In this document: piece by piece, positions 38,009-49,023 of the stretch
How positions within the stretch are numbered: position 1 is the first letter of the stretch
Layout of the letters: the number at the start of each line of letters is the position of its first letter
NCBI GenBank assembly: GCA_905178155.1
Contig: CAJINV010000002.1
Location: forward strand, 9,249,412-9,313,411
Direction: 5' to 3'
DNA: 64,000 nucleotides
DNA from: Amoebophrya sp. A120
Lineage: Eukaryota > Protista > Dinoflagellata
Notes under the pieces: generated by a model
The model's database searches: none
What the model was told of the DNA's origin: nothing
What the model saw: the letters and a program-made list of their open reading frames with translations, nothing else
Made by a program: the position numbers and the translations under genes

Positions 38009-39096
38009 GGGGTAAAATACTAAAGCAATGGTGTGAAAGTAAGTACCTAGAACTTCAGAGCACGGTGAATTATGTATGAGATGCTCCTGCGGAGAACAAT
38101 GATACTCTATGCATGTTAATGCAAAAAGCAAGCGAATAATTTACGATTGCACACGACGAAATTCAAATTTCGAAGTAGAAACTAGCGAGCAACTACGAAG
38201 CTTGATGGACATGAATGCTGCTGATGAATAGAAGGCAGAGCTAATGCTAGACGCGAAACTTTCTTGACGGCAACACAATCATTTGTGTAGGTACGGTACA
38301 GAATGCTTCGACTTGGCGTCATGTGAAAAAAAAGGCTTTCGGCGACGCAGCCTTGTGCCAAAAAGGTTTTCACATACCTTGGCTCGTGCATGTCAGTCCG
38401 GAAACGGATTTGGAAATTGTTCGATAAACAAGATTGGAAAAATCGTAAAGCGAGATCTTAAGCATAGTAGAGGCAAAATCCAGGAGTTGGAGTGATGCAT
38501 CAGCGAAAAGAAATGATGAACATTGTTTCAAGAAAACGAACTACGATGTGACTTGCATCCACACCCACGACTACCGATTCGGTTCCGCAAAAGTTCGGTC
38601 TAGACAGTAGCAAGTCATTATTGAGCATCGTAGAATCACTCTATTTGCAGTATTAACAACAAAGAAAATAAAAATGAGAAATTTTCTGATCAAATCTGGC
38701 TGCCACATTTGTTTCGTGTCGGCTTCGATTGTATTTGCATGATCCCGGATCAAGAGGAATACACAAACAGATCCAAAATCAATGTTTCCTGACCACACTA
38801 CAACAAAACAGAAATTGACCCAAGCTCCTTGAAAAATCCTCCGACTCTACTCCTTGTGTTGACACAACTACACAGCGGTCTTCATCTGTTTGAAAATCGT
38901 TTTTTTGTGGTAGTAAGTTCGACCACAATAAACTTTGACAAAGAGAAAACTGCTAAAAGCTGCAACTGCTAGTCCAACTACAGTATCCGCTTTTCGACCC
39001 GAAGTTATCTAACTTAAAGCCTTAACCGGTTCCTTTTCTGTTCAACACACCTTGAACTTCAACGTAAAACTTCCACGACTAGTCTACTCTCTGAAA

Positions 39097-39810
39097 ATGT
39101 CGTCCGCATCCCAACAGCAGCCTGCTACCCCTGTCTCAGTGCCGGTCCCGCAGCCGTCCGCTGCGCCGGCCCCGGCCTCCCAGCCGGTTGCTGCGTCGGC
39201 TCCCGTGCACCAGCAGCAGTCGACCTACGTTCCCCACAGCACCGCTCCGGCCCCGCAACAGCAACCCACGGCCCCGCAGCCGCAAACTACCTACGTTTCG
39301 GCCGCACCCCCCGCGCCCCCGCAGACCCGCTACGTCTACGCTCAGCCGGCCACTACCGTCGTCGTCGCTCCGGCGCCCGTGGTCGGGTGTCGCGACGATA
39401 CTAACCCTATCGGGGCCTTCGGCTGCGACAAGCGCGTAGAGCCGAACTGCTGCGTTTCCCTCTGTTGCCCCGGGTGCACGATCACGAACTATGAGGGGTT
39501 GAGCATCGCCGCCATCCTTGCCTGGATTCCGTTCTTCTCGATCGGGTTCTGGCCCATCTCCATCATGGGGTGCTTCGCCGCCTGCTGCTGGACCCCGCCG
39601 ATCTGGGGTGTGCACTACAACGTGAACCGCGCCAAGCTGGGTGCCCCCGTCCAGGCCGCGCCGGCCGGGCAGACGGTCACCTACGTCGCCGCGGGATCGG
39701 ACACGCAGGTGCTCCCGGAAGGCTGGGAAAACAAGGCGGCCCCGTTCCCCGAGTTCCTGCAGGAGGACGAGGACCTGTATTCTTCCTCGGAAGAGGAGCC
39801 TCTCGTCTAA
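39097..39810 (+). CDS. Small P/Q/A-rich protein with Cys-rich hydrophobic (probably membrane) segment, 237 aa
   Basis: Clean ORF with strong G/C third-position bias; CCVSLCCPGC followed by hydrophobic IAAILAWIPFFSIGFWPISIMGCFAACCW. Confidence 0.75.
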   Translation: MSSASQQQPATPVSVPVPQPSAAPAPASQPVAASAPVHQQQSTYVPHSTAPAPQQQPTAPQPQTTYVSAAPPAPPQTRYVYAQPATTVVVAPAPVVGCRDDTNPIGAFGCDKRVEPNCCVSLCCPGCTITNYEGLSIAAILAWIPFFSIGFWPISIMGCFAACCWTPPIWGVHYNVNRAKLGAPVQAAPAGQTVTYVAAGSDTQVLPEGWENKAAPFPEFLQEDEDLYSSSEEEPLV

Positions 39811-41486
39811 GAAAATCAAAATTTGTGATGAACAAAACGGCGAGGAGAGATTGCTAGAAGGAGACGTGTTTATACTTGCAGTTGAAAGTAGGATGAACTA
39901 CAACAAGAAGCATACAGCATGTACAATTTAGTGAAGATAATTGCGCATAGGCGTATTTTTACACGCGCTACGAAGGGTGAAACTTTGTATAGCTTCCGCT
40001 GGTATGATTGCGCCTTAGAAACGATTGCGCTCCACGGGGGCAATCACCCGTCGATGTCAAGTTATACTAAAGTTTTCCCGTTTTCGTTTGCACCTTTTGG
40101 AATATTTTCAACATCAAGAAAATCTTTACACTTTTCAATGGACGTCGGATGCTTTTTTTTTTCGTTTTGGAACAAAGGTGACGAGTAAGTACAGGAGTTT
40201 CTCAACATCATACATAGTGTTGCAACGAGTGACTGCTCGTACAGTCCCGAGTGACTTTTCGTACAGTCACTCGCTGCAATATGAGTCGACCATGTAGTTG
40301 TACTTAAGGAAATTATTGAAGGAGGTGTTTTTACATACGACAGTCTCAGTCACCATAAATACGAGCCTAGAAAGTAATACACAACCCTGATCCGCCCCGA
40401 TTGAAACGTCAAACCACCCTGTATGATGTAGATGATGGTAGGACAGCGTTGCTTCCAGCGTCGTTCTCAACGATCATCAAAAACCCCTTTTTCGGTTACT
40501 TGAGATGTCGTTTTGAGAGTCATGAAAAAAAAGAAAAACGAAGCAGCCGCTGCCGCCTTCGAGGCGGCATTTTACGGGTTAGTAGAGAAGCCCATGCTCG
40601 TTCCTCCAATATTCGGGCCGCGGGGATTCGGCGCCGCTAGAAAACAGAAAACAAGCCACGGGGATCGGGTGCTACCGCTAAAAAACTCACAAGAGGAGAA
40701 ACGGGAAACTCATTTGATTTCGGTTTTGGGTGTCCCCAGCTTCACCGTGATGGTGCTCTCGTGTTTGCGTAACATTCGCAAAAGGAGGCGCTCAACATCA
40801 ACCTGTCAAATCGTTCATCCTGCATTCTAGGGTCGTCTAAGCTTTCGTTGTTTGTCGTCTTATTTGGGTACTTTTAGTATGTTGTACTTAGGCATACTAT
40901 GTATAAATGGGGTTCAACATATCCTGGGTTAGACATCGCTCGGCGCATGGTATTGAGCTGTCGTCAATTTATCAAGCTGTCGGACGAGGTCAAATACCGA
41001 ATCGCTTTGCTAAGAAGAACAAAAGTTGTAGCGATCCCTGTGTAGAATTAGATAGGAAGACAAAACGAAACGTATGACTTTTGTCACCAGACTCAAGGTC
41101 TATTCGTTTTATGCTGCCTGCTAGTCGCGAAAGAAAAAAAAATGACAAGATCTCAGCACCGACCAGTACGCGATGCGGGGAGGTCTCTTCGCGAGGTGGA
41201 AACCAGTCCGCGACGGCGAATATGATCGTTTCGCGAAGATGTCGACCCTGACGGGCGACACGTTGACGAGTTTTTTCGGCGAAATAACTATGAGCATGTC
41301 GACACGGTCTACCATAGTAGCAACCGACGGCGTGGTGACCATGAAGATGATCATGTTGCTGAAGTAGAGACGAGTTTTCCTTCCCGACAGGACCATTCCG
41401 TACGTCGGCCTCAGAGTGCCCGAGCTCCCCTGGAGAGCCACGCATTGGTTGGGGAGGATCGTCGACGGCATCGTCAGCGCCGGCCC

Positions 41487-43331
41487 ATGATGTTCTACAA
41501 CGAGAGGTTATCATCTGGTAATATGGACTTCCCACATGAACAAGCAGACGAGTTTCATCGAGAACCTGTTGACGATAGAACTCATTTTTACCACGACGAA
41601 GACAACTTCTACCACAAAGATGGCGAGAATTTTGAAGATTACTATCTTCATGCCACCGACGAGGTGGAACTACAGGACATGGTCATGGACAATAACTACT
41701 ACGACGTTGCGGCGGAAGACAACACCTACAAGTCAACTCAGGGTGCTCGAGGAGAGCTGCCGCGGGCTGAAAATCCCGAAGAAGATGATGATGATCACGA
41801 GCAGGACACCGCCGGCGCCTTAATCCGCTACAATAATGTCGCGCGGGATATGGCGTTCTCAAACGTTACATTCTCAACTGTTACATGATTTGTCATGCAA
41901 AATGACCATAAGCCGCAAGACAATCAAGCTGCTCAGCATGACAAATTATCAAAGGGCTAAACAGCATCTAAATCCGTGCCAAATTTGTGATGCAAGACTT
42001 GCAAGCTTACCCCTTTCCCTATTGCTGTTTTTGCATGACGAATTCATGTAACAGTTGAGATTGTAGTAGTTGAGAGCGCCATACTGGATCTTTTGCAACA
42101 AATGCGGGTGAATTCGAACAAATTGAAAACCCTGGACCTCTCCGGCATGCTCTTCTCCAACGCCTTCTACAAAGAATTCGCGAATCAGCGAAAGCACAAC
42201 ACGAATCTGACCGCCTTGTACTTGAATAATTGCAACCTGACCGATAACAACTTGCGGCAGATCGTGCTCGGGGAGCTCACCGGGGATCCGTCGAAGCAGC
42301 TGGAGGTTCTGTCCTGCGAAAACAATTTCCTGAAAAACGTTTCTTGCTTCTACATTGCCCGAGCGCTCTGCGGGTTTGCGACGATCAAGAACAAGGTCAC
42401 TTCCGGCGCTTCCCGCGCATTACTTGCGGGTGCGTCAACCACGCAGACAAAATGGAGCCGGAGCCACGGTGGTAGAAATGCCTTGGATATCGGTGGGTCG
42501 AATGTGGCGAATAGGTTGAGGTATTTGTCCCTACGGAAAAATCTGATCAACGGGTCCGACGGGATCCGAATTCTGGCGGACGCGTTGATGAATGTGGACA
42601 AGAATCTGGAGGTGCTGAACCTGAGCGAAAACCTGATCGACAACTACGGCTTGGGTTGGATGGGCATGGTTTTGCGGAATAACAACGTGTTGAAAATGGT
42701 GGATTTGCGGGGCAACAGAAACGAGGGGAACGACGGGATTCACGAGATTCTGCTCGCGTGTGAGGCGAGTGACTGCAATTTGGTGTACGCAGATTATGCA
42801 GTTGACACCGGCGAACATCTTCAGGAAAGCGACAACGTTGCGCCGTCCGGCGACATGGCCGTCGCGTGTTTGGGGAAGCGGAACTGCACAGTTTACACGG
42901 ATCATCCATTCGGCCGACCTTCTGCACGACTCGCCCGGCAAGCCTCCTCTCCGGAGAAATTTTTCAAATCGCCCAAATCCAAGTCCCGGGCACCGGTACT
43001 CCGCTTCAAGCGCTCCTCCACCCGGCAGAATGAGTTTGAACCGGCCTCGATCATGAGCGAACGGGTTGCGAGTGATAACCAGTTCCGGGCGACCTCGAGC
43101 AGCATGTTGGAAAACAATTTCCCCGATTTCCAGCATTGGGGCAAATTGTTTCAGCAGAACGGGGAACTGGAGAGCGGAATGAAGGAAACGTCCCTGGGAT
43201 ACGGGATTAGCCGGTTGAGGTTCAAACCAGGAGTAGAGACGAGACCAAGAAGCTCGTCGTCTCCCACGAGAAGACCGAGGTCGGCGTCGGCCGTAAGTGG
43301 CGCGAGACCAGGCGGGATTCTACGGCGGTGA
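41487..43331 (+). CDS. Leucine-rich repeat protein (RNI-like); 5' end uncertain (frame open back to 41226)
   Basis: Repeats LKTLDLSG, LTALYLNNCNL, LEVLSCENN, LRYLSLRKN, LEVLNLSEN, LKMVDLRGN. Two ORFs join in frame across introner 41849-42083. Confidence 0.8.
41849..42083. mobile_element. Introner, family G (235 bp)
   Basis: ~54-bp imperfect TIR starting tatggcg; direct repeat cggga/ctgga. Confidence 0.88.
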
Positions 43332-43876
43332 GTGTAGAAGTTCGGAGTGGGTTCGAATTTGTTGAAAAGGGCGAACGCGGTGATTTTTCATCTCGGAAAC
43401 CTGCACGAAAAGCACAGCGACATCAAGCAGAGAGAGAGACGCATCGGAAGAGCTGCGCTTGTACTACAATGGGAAACCACGACATAGGAAGTGTGCCTCT
43501 TTCTGCTCGAAGATGTTCGCACAGTGTCCTTCGGGTTTGTCGTGCAATGCTCCTTCAAACGTCGCTTGTGCGAATTTCGCCAGTGCTACAAGTGAGTGTC
43601 TGCTCGTAGCTGAGACAAATCGAGAGATTTTGAAGAATTTGAGAGTGAGTGAAGTTAAATTTGGACGAGAATTTTTGCTGTGCAATGTGTCGCACCAATC
43701 GTCGACGTCAAAGGCTATCGCATACAGGAAGTATCCATCACGACGTGCAAGTTTAACATTTCTTTCTGTCACCGAAAAAGCAGGACGCACGGAGAATTGC
43801 TTTTCTGATGTTCTACTGCTACAGAAGGAAATAAAGAGTCAAACACAAACTCTTCGAACTAGCAACAGCAGAAACC

Positions 43877-46800
43877 ATGCCGGGCGGCGTCGCCTCCGCC
43901 GTGCTTCAGTCCCTGAATGGGAGCACCACCGTGATGTCCAGTATCTTTTCCGGTTCTTCTTCCCCCGAGGAAGCGCATTTGCTCCAGCAAGCCGGCTTCC
44001 AGCCGTCGCTTCCCTACCACACTGGAGCACCGGCGGATGAGGTGCTGCCAGAAGCGGGAAATAACGCGGAGCATGAGCACGATTCCGGGGAACACGACGA
44101 GCACCACGAGGAGCATGAGGACCACGAACATGAGGACCATGAGCACGAAGACCACGATATCTTGTGTAAAAACGTCGACGCTCCAGCCTCCAGGCTCATC
44201 AAGATGGGCACTTTTCTAGACAAGCCAGCATTTACTTTTGGATATCGCGCGTAACAAGAAGTTTAGGCTCGCAGTGTCGTCGCATTTAGCTATTGTAGCT
44301 GCATCACAAATCGATCCCTTTATCCTGATTCTAGCATGACAAACTGGCAGACAGCATTACAGAATCCTCCTCATGTGCGCTGCGCATGAGAAACATCTTA
44401 CTAGGCTTGCAGATTTGCATGGCAAGTGTGGGGCGGGGACGATGACGTTTTTCTTCAGGATACAGGAGCACGAAGAGCACGTATCCCACGAAAAAAGTGT
44501 TACAGTTACACATTTGCAGTGAATTCAGCAACACAAATTTCTCTGCATGAGAGAGAAAACTTGTAATGCAGAAATCCTACGGGAAAACACCTACGAAACG
44601 AGGCTCCTATACATATCCGGCATGACAGAGCTTGTCTGTCTTGCTTGGCCTGCAACACAACGCGTAACTGTAACACTTTTTTCTTGCGATAGCACGAGGA
44701 CGAGCACCATTACGAGGAGGAGGAGGAGTTCCACGAAGAGCACGAGCCGGAGGTATTACAATGAAATATGCCCCCACCCCCGAACTTGGTAGCATTTGTA
44801 TTGCAAACCTTCCAAAAAGAAAGAGAAACATTCGCCCTCTTGCATCTAGCAGCATCACAGATTTATTCCAATCGTGAATAGAAGCAAAAATTTGTATTGT
44901 AAAAGACGCCAGCAAGAGCGGCGCTTGGCATGCAAGCGATGCGATATACGACTAGACTCTGCATCAGAAAGATTCATATTTCTTTCATGCATGAGAAAAA
45001 GTGTTCATTTGGAAACTCAAACTTCGCATCACACATTCTCGCGTCCGCCTGACTCCACGACCTGGTGGCCGAACCATGTGCGGTAAGGTGCCCTTACAGG
45101 TTATGTAGTGGCTTCGGTCGGTTTAGCATCACAAATTCTTGCAACTGTGGAGGGGGTGGGGGCATTTTTCACTGTAATAGGTGCAGGAAAACGAAAACGA
45201 AGCCGGTGGAGCAGGTGGTGACGACCAGCAGGACGCCGAGGCGGATGGTGCCGGCGCCGAGAACGAAAACGAGGTGGAAGTCGAGGGCGCGGAGGAAGAA
45301 ATCGTGGAGGAGCTGGGGGAGCACTTGTCTTCCGAGGTCACGGTGCTGAACGGTCTGCGGATCTGCTTCGAGCAAGCGAACGAGGAGATCAACGAACAGA
45401 CGAAGAAGATCTACAAGAGGGTGGAGTCGGTGGTGGAGGTCGTGAAGGGCGGTTTTGGCCTGTTTAGTGGCGGAAAGGGCAAGGCGGGCGCGGGGGGAAG
45501 CAAGACGAACAATGATGCGGAGAAGTCAACAGCGGCCACTACGAGTTCCACTTCTGCTGGTGCGCGCCAATATGAAGATGGCCACACGTCGTCCCCCTCG
45601 TCATTTGGTCCGAATAGAAGCAAGACAACGTCAAAGAAGAATAAAGGGGCAGAGAACAAGCCAAGTCGTGGATCCAGCTTTGTCACCCCAAAGAACAGCA
45701 GCACTACTCGCCGCGGCAAAAAGACGAGCGCTTCATCTCTCCGCGAAGGATCGCAAAAGGAGATGAAGCAGAAGAAAACAACCAAAATCGAGGTCCAGCA
45801 AATAAAATTTGAGAACATCAACTTTACAAAACCCATACCGCTGCCGATACCACGACTTCCCGGATCAATTTCTACCTCAGGCAGCCCAGCAGTTCCGTAT
45901 TTGCCAGTTGCACCGACGAGCAACTTCTCGACGGCGCAGCCGGTAGTTAAAAATGGGGGTTTTTCCGTGCTGATGAAAAACAAAAATCTGAAAATGAACC
46001 CGAACGTGATCGATGAAATAATCGCTCATCCGAAAAGCTGCAAAACAGATGACTCCGATTTAAACTCCTCAACGACCACGACCCTCCTGGAGCAGCAGGT
46101 GAATGAAGGGTCGTACTCCGATCATTTTGGGAGTGCGCCTAGCAAGAGGATCAAGGCGCCGGTCAACACCAGCGGTGTTTTTAGCGGGGACGAGGGGCAG
46201 TATGAGCAGGACTTCGAATTCGAGGACGCGCAGCACGATATCTACGAAGAAATCGTGGCTGACGGGGTATTGAATTTGAACGGTACCAGTACTGCGAAAA
46301 ATACGCAGGAAGCGATGCAGGAACAACTGAAGAGCAAGAAACAAATCCGAGCAGGAGCAGCTGCACCCTCTTCTCCTTCGGATCAACTGCATCTTCACGA
46401 ACAAGTTCTGGTCACGAACCTCATCACGCCCGAACTTTTGGAGGAATTGATCCCGATCGGAGATGAGTTGAAGTACCGGCAAAGTCTGTACGGTGGGAGT
46501 AGTTCTTGCAACCAAAACAACCAAACCTACGCGAACAGCAACGGCGAGCTGAGTCCCGGATATTGCAACACGATCTGGAGCGTGGATGAGGCGAATGCAG
46601 CGGCGCAGATTACTCAACTTCCGCCCCTGCCGTTTGTTAGCAAATCGAACACGGTGAAGCAGTTGAGCCCGGACTTGCAACCGATAGGCCACTTAGTACC
46701 GAGGGGAATAGCAAGCACGCCGGAAGTTGCTGCGATTTTAAAGGGCGATCATTCTGCGGCAAACGCAAAAGACGACAGCGGGCGGATCCATAATTCTTGC

Positions 46801-47724
46801 ACTGAATTAGTAAACCACCATAGCGTGCATGCAGACGCAAACTACCTCTTTCCGTCCTCTAACTCGAGCGACTGCGGTAGCACGAAGACCATCATCTTGA
46901 ATTCACCCGCTTCGTGCACAGGACGGGACTGGAACAATTCCACTGTCACGCGGGAAGAGCTGCACGACGACACTGAAATTGACCTGTATGCGGCTGACAG
47001 TGACGCAACGCCTATTGCATCACTTTGTGGGAAACTTGGAAATCTCCACTACGTGTCCCCCAGGCAAGAGGAGTTGCAAGTCGTCAACGGAGAACTGCTG
47101 CAGAACTACAATGGACGAGATGAACCTCCACGAGATGTTGAGCCACCATCTCCGGAAATCATATCCAGCAGCAGCAACATCAGGGAAATCAACGCCATTA
47201 CCACATACCCGTCTCCAAGTGCGAAAATGAAGGAACTATCGCGGAAGTTGTTTCCACCAGCGCAGTGTGATGATTTATTCTGCGAACAACAATCGTCTCC
47301 AGAAACGGTGGAACTACAACGGCAGCAAAACAACGAGGGGCTGAATGAAGTGGAGGAGGAACACGATGATCCCGAGACCCACCGGCCGCCGATCGTCGTG
47401 ATTTCTCCCTCAATGACGGAAGAAACCGACGCAAACTCCGATGTAGTTGCCGACAAGAAAAACAAACACCCTACGAAACTCGTCGGCCACTCACGACGCG
47501 TGCAACCCTGCCAGCAGAAGATCAGCCTCAAGAACCCGGAGTTAGAACAATTGGAATTGCAGCAACACGCACAGCAGCACACCACTCCGAAAGTAGTGCG
47601 ACCGCGGAATAGAAGCGCGCGGAAGATCAATACAAAGGAGAAATCCAAGATGGATAGGGGTTCCAAAAACTGGCAGGAGAAGACGGCCGAGGAACAAGCC
47701 GCTTCGGTAGTGGTGCTGTTTTAG
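43877..47724 (+). CDS. Hypothetical protein with His/Glu-rich N-terminal tract, ~963 aa, three clustered introners
   Basis: HE-rich repeat continues across three introners; spliced length 2892 nt = 964 codons; no recognisable domain. Confidence 0.7.
44158..44462. mobile_element. Introner, family B, diverged (305 bp)
   Basis: tatcttgtgtaaaaacgtc...gacgtttttcttcaggata; direct repeat cacga/cagga. Confidence 0.85.
44482..44691. mobile_element. Introner, family E (210 bp)
   Basis: TIR core gaaaaaagtgttacagttac; direct repeat gcacg/gcacg. Confidence 0.9.
44754..45179. mobile_element. Introner, family F, with short nested insertion (426 bp total)
   Basis: TIR tattaca.tgaaa.atgcccccacccc; direct repeat ggagg/ggtgc (2 mismatches); homologous to 18089-18400. 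Confidence 0.85.
45043..45126 (+). other. Nested 84-bp GT...AG insertion inside introner
   Basis: Starts gtccgc, ends ggtttag. gcatcacacattctcgc (45026-45042) recurs as gcatcacaaattcttgc (45126-45142). Absent from the sister copy at 18089. Confidence 0.75.
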
Positions 47725-49023
47725 ATCTCTTTTTTGCGCTTCCTTTAGCTTTATCCTCATTGTGACGATGAGAACTACTAGAAACGCCTTGGGCTGTGTA
47801 GGCCTTGTGAGAGCTTGTCTTTGTTTATTTTTTTCCTTTTGAGCAGGTATTTGAAATACCTGAACAAACTTCCTGATTTTATTCCCTACTTCTGCAGTTG
47901 CTGCATCAATAGTCTCTGACTACAGTGCTTATTCGACAACACTTATTTTCAACAAAGAAACACAAAAAGATACAGAAGCCATTTTTTGATTGGCTCCCTT
48001 GTAAAAATTCCAATTAGCATTTAGTTTTAGTATGCGTTTACCCGAACTAAAATTTGTTCGTGGAGACAACCGCTGTCCTGCTTCATCGCGGATAGTGAAT
48101 AAAATGTACCAACGCAAGAAACCTAGTTTGAACTTATTCGTGAACTGAATACAAAAACCGAGCTTTTGATGTGGTTGTCGTTGTCGTGCGACTCCCCCCT
48201 GCATGACTTCCACATCCTTCGTGATACCACATTCACTTTTATCCTTTGACAACAATTTGTTCTTGATTTCGAAAAGTTAACTTTCTTTTGCTGTTGATTT
48301 ACAGACCACGCGGAAGCACCAATATTTTCAAAAAAAAAAACTCTCGTACACTATTTTTCCTGATTGAATTAAGCAAGACAAGAAGGAGCGCTGATGTCGT
48401 TCCGTGTCGATCACCGCCTTCTTCCAAGTGATTCTGCTGCATGTGGTTCTCCTGCACTTCTTGTTTCCCCGTTTGAAATGAACAAGGGAGTGCATCAATG
48501 TCCTCATGCCTTCTGCTGTCGGTTCTTAATCTTATCGCACGTATGCTTCGTCTTCGCGTAGAAAGAATCTCACCAACGCACAGCCACAGCCTCTTTATCG
48601 ATAGTACTGTATTTACTATGCACGAGCACGGGTCGTCATCGTCTGCAGCACGTCAAACAGGTCGTTAAGATCATATGCAACTGCTTAACTAAATCGTCGT
48701 CGTTATCGATATCGTCAAATAAAAGGAAAGACTGCATGGACTAAATCGTCAGCGTCGTATGCTTTCTCTTTTCGTAGTGCCGCCTCTGTCGTGGTCTTCC
48801 ATGAGAAAATATATGCATGGAGTTCCACCGCTACCTCGCTAACAATTCGCGTCGTCGTGCATTTACTCATCTACAGCGAGTTTTTTTTTCGGAGTTACCG
48901 CTTTTTCGGATTGATCAGCATTAGGGATGACCAAGTGTAAGTTCACACAAAACTATTGAAAAGCAGCTACTTGTTGCACTGGTATTTTCAACGAACCTTT
49001 GAATCCGAATACAACGAACAAAA

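Noticed and set aside
47975-47998. agccattttttgattggctc, resembling a dinoflagellate spliced-leader relic
   Set aside because: Only a partial gapped match to CCGTAGCCATTTTGGCTCAAG, compatible with chance.
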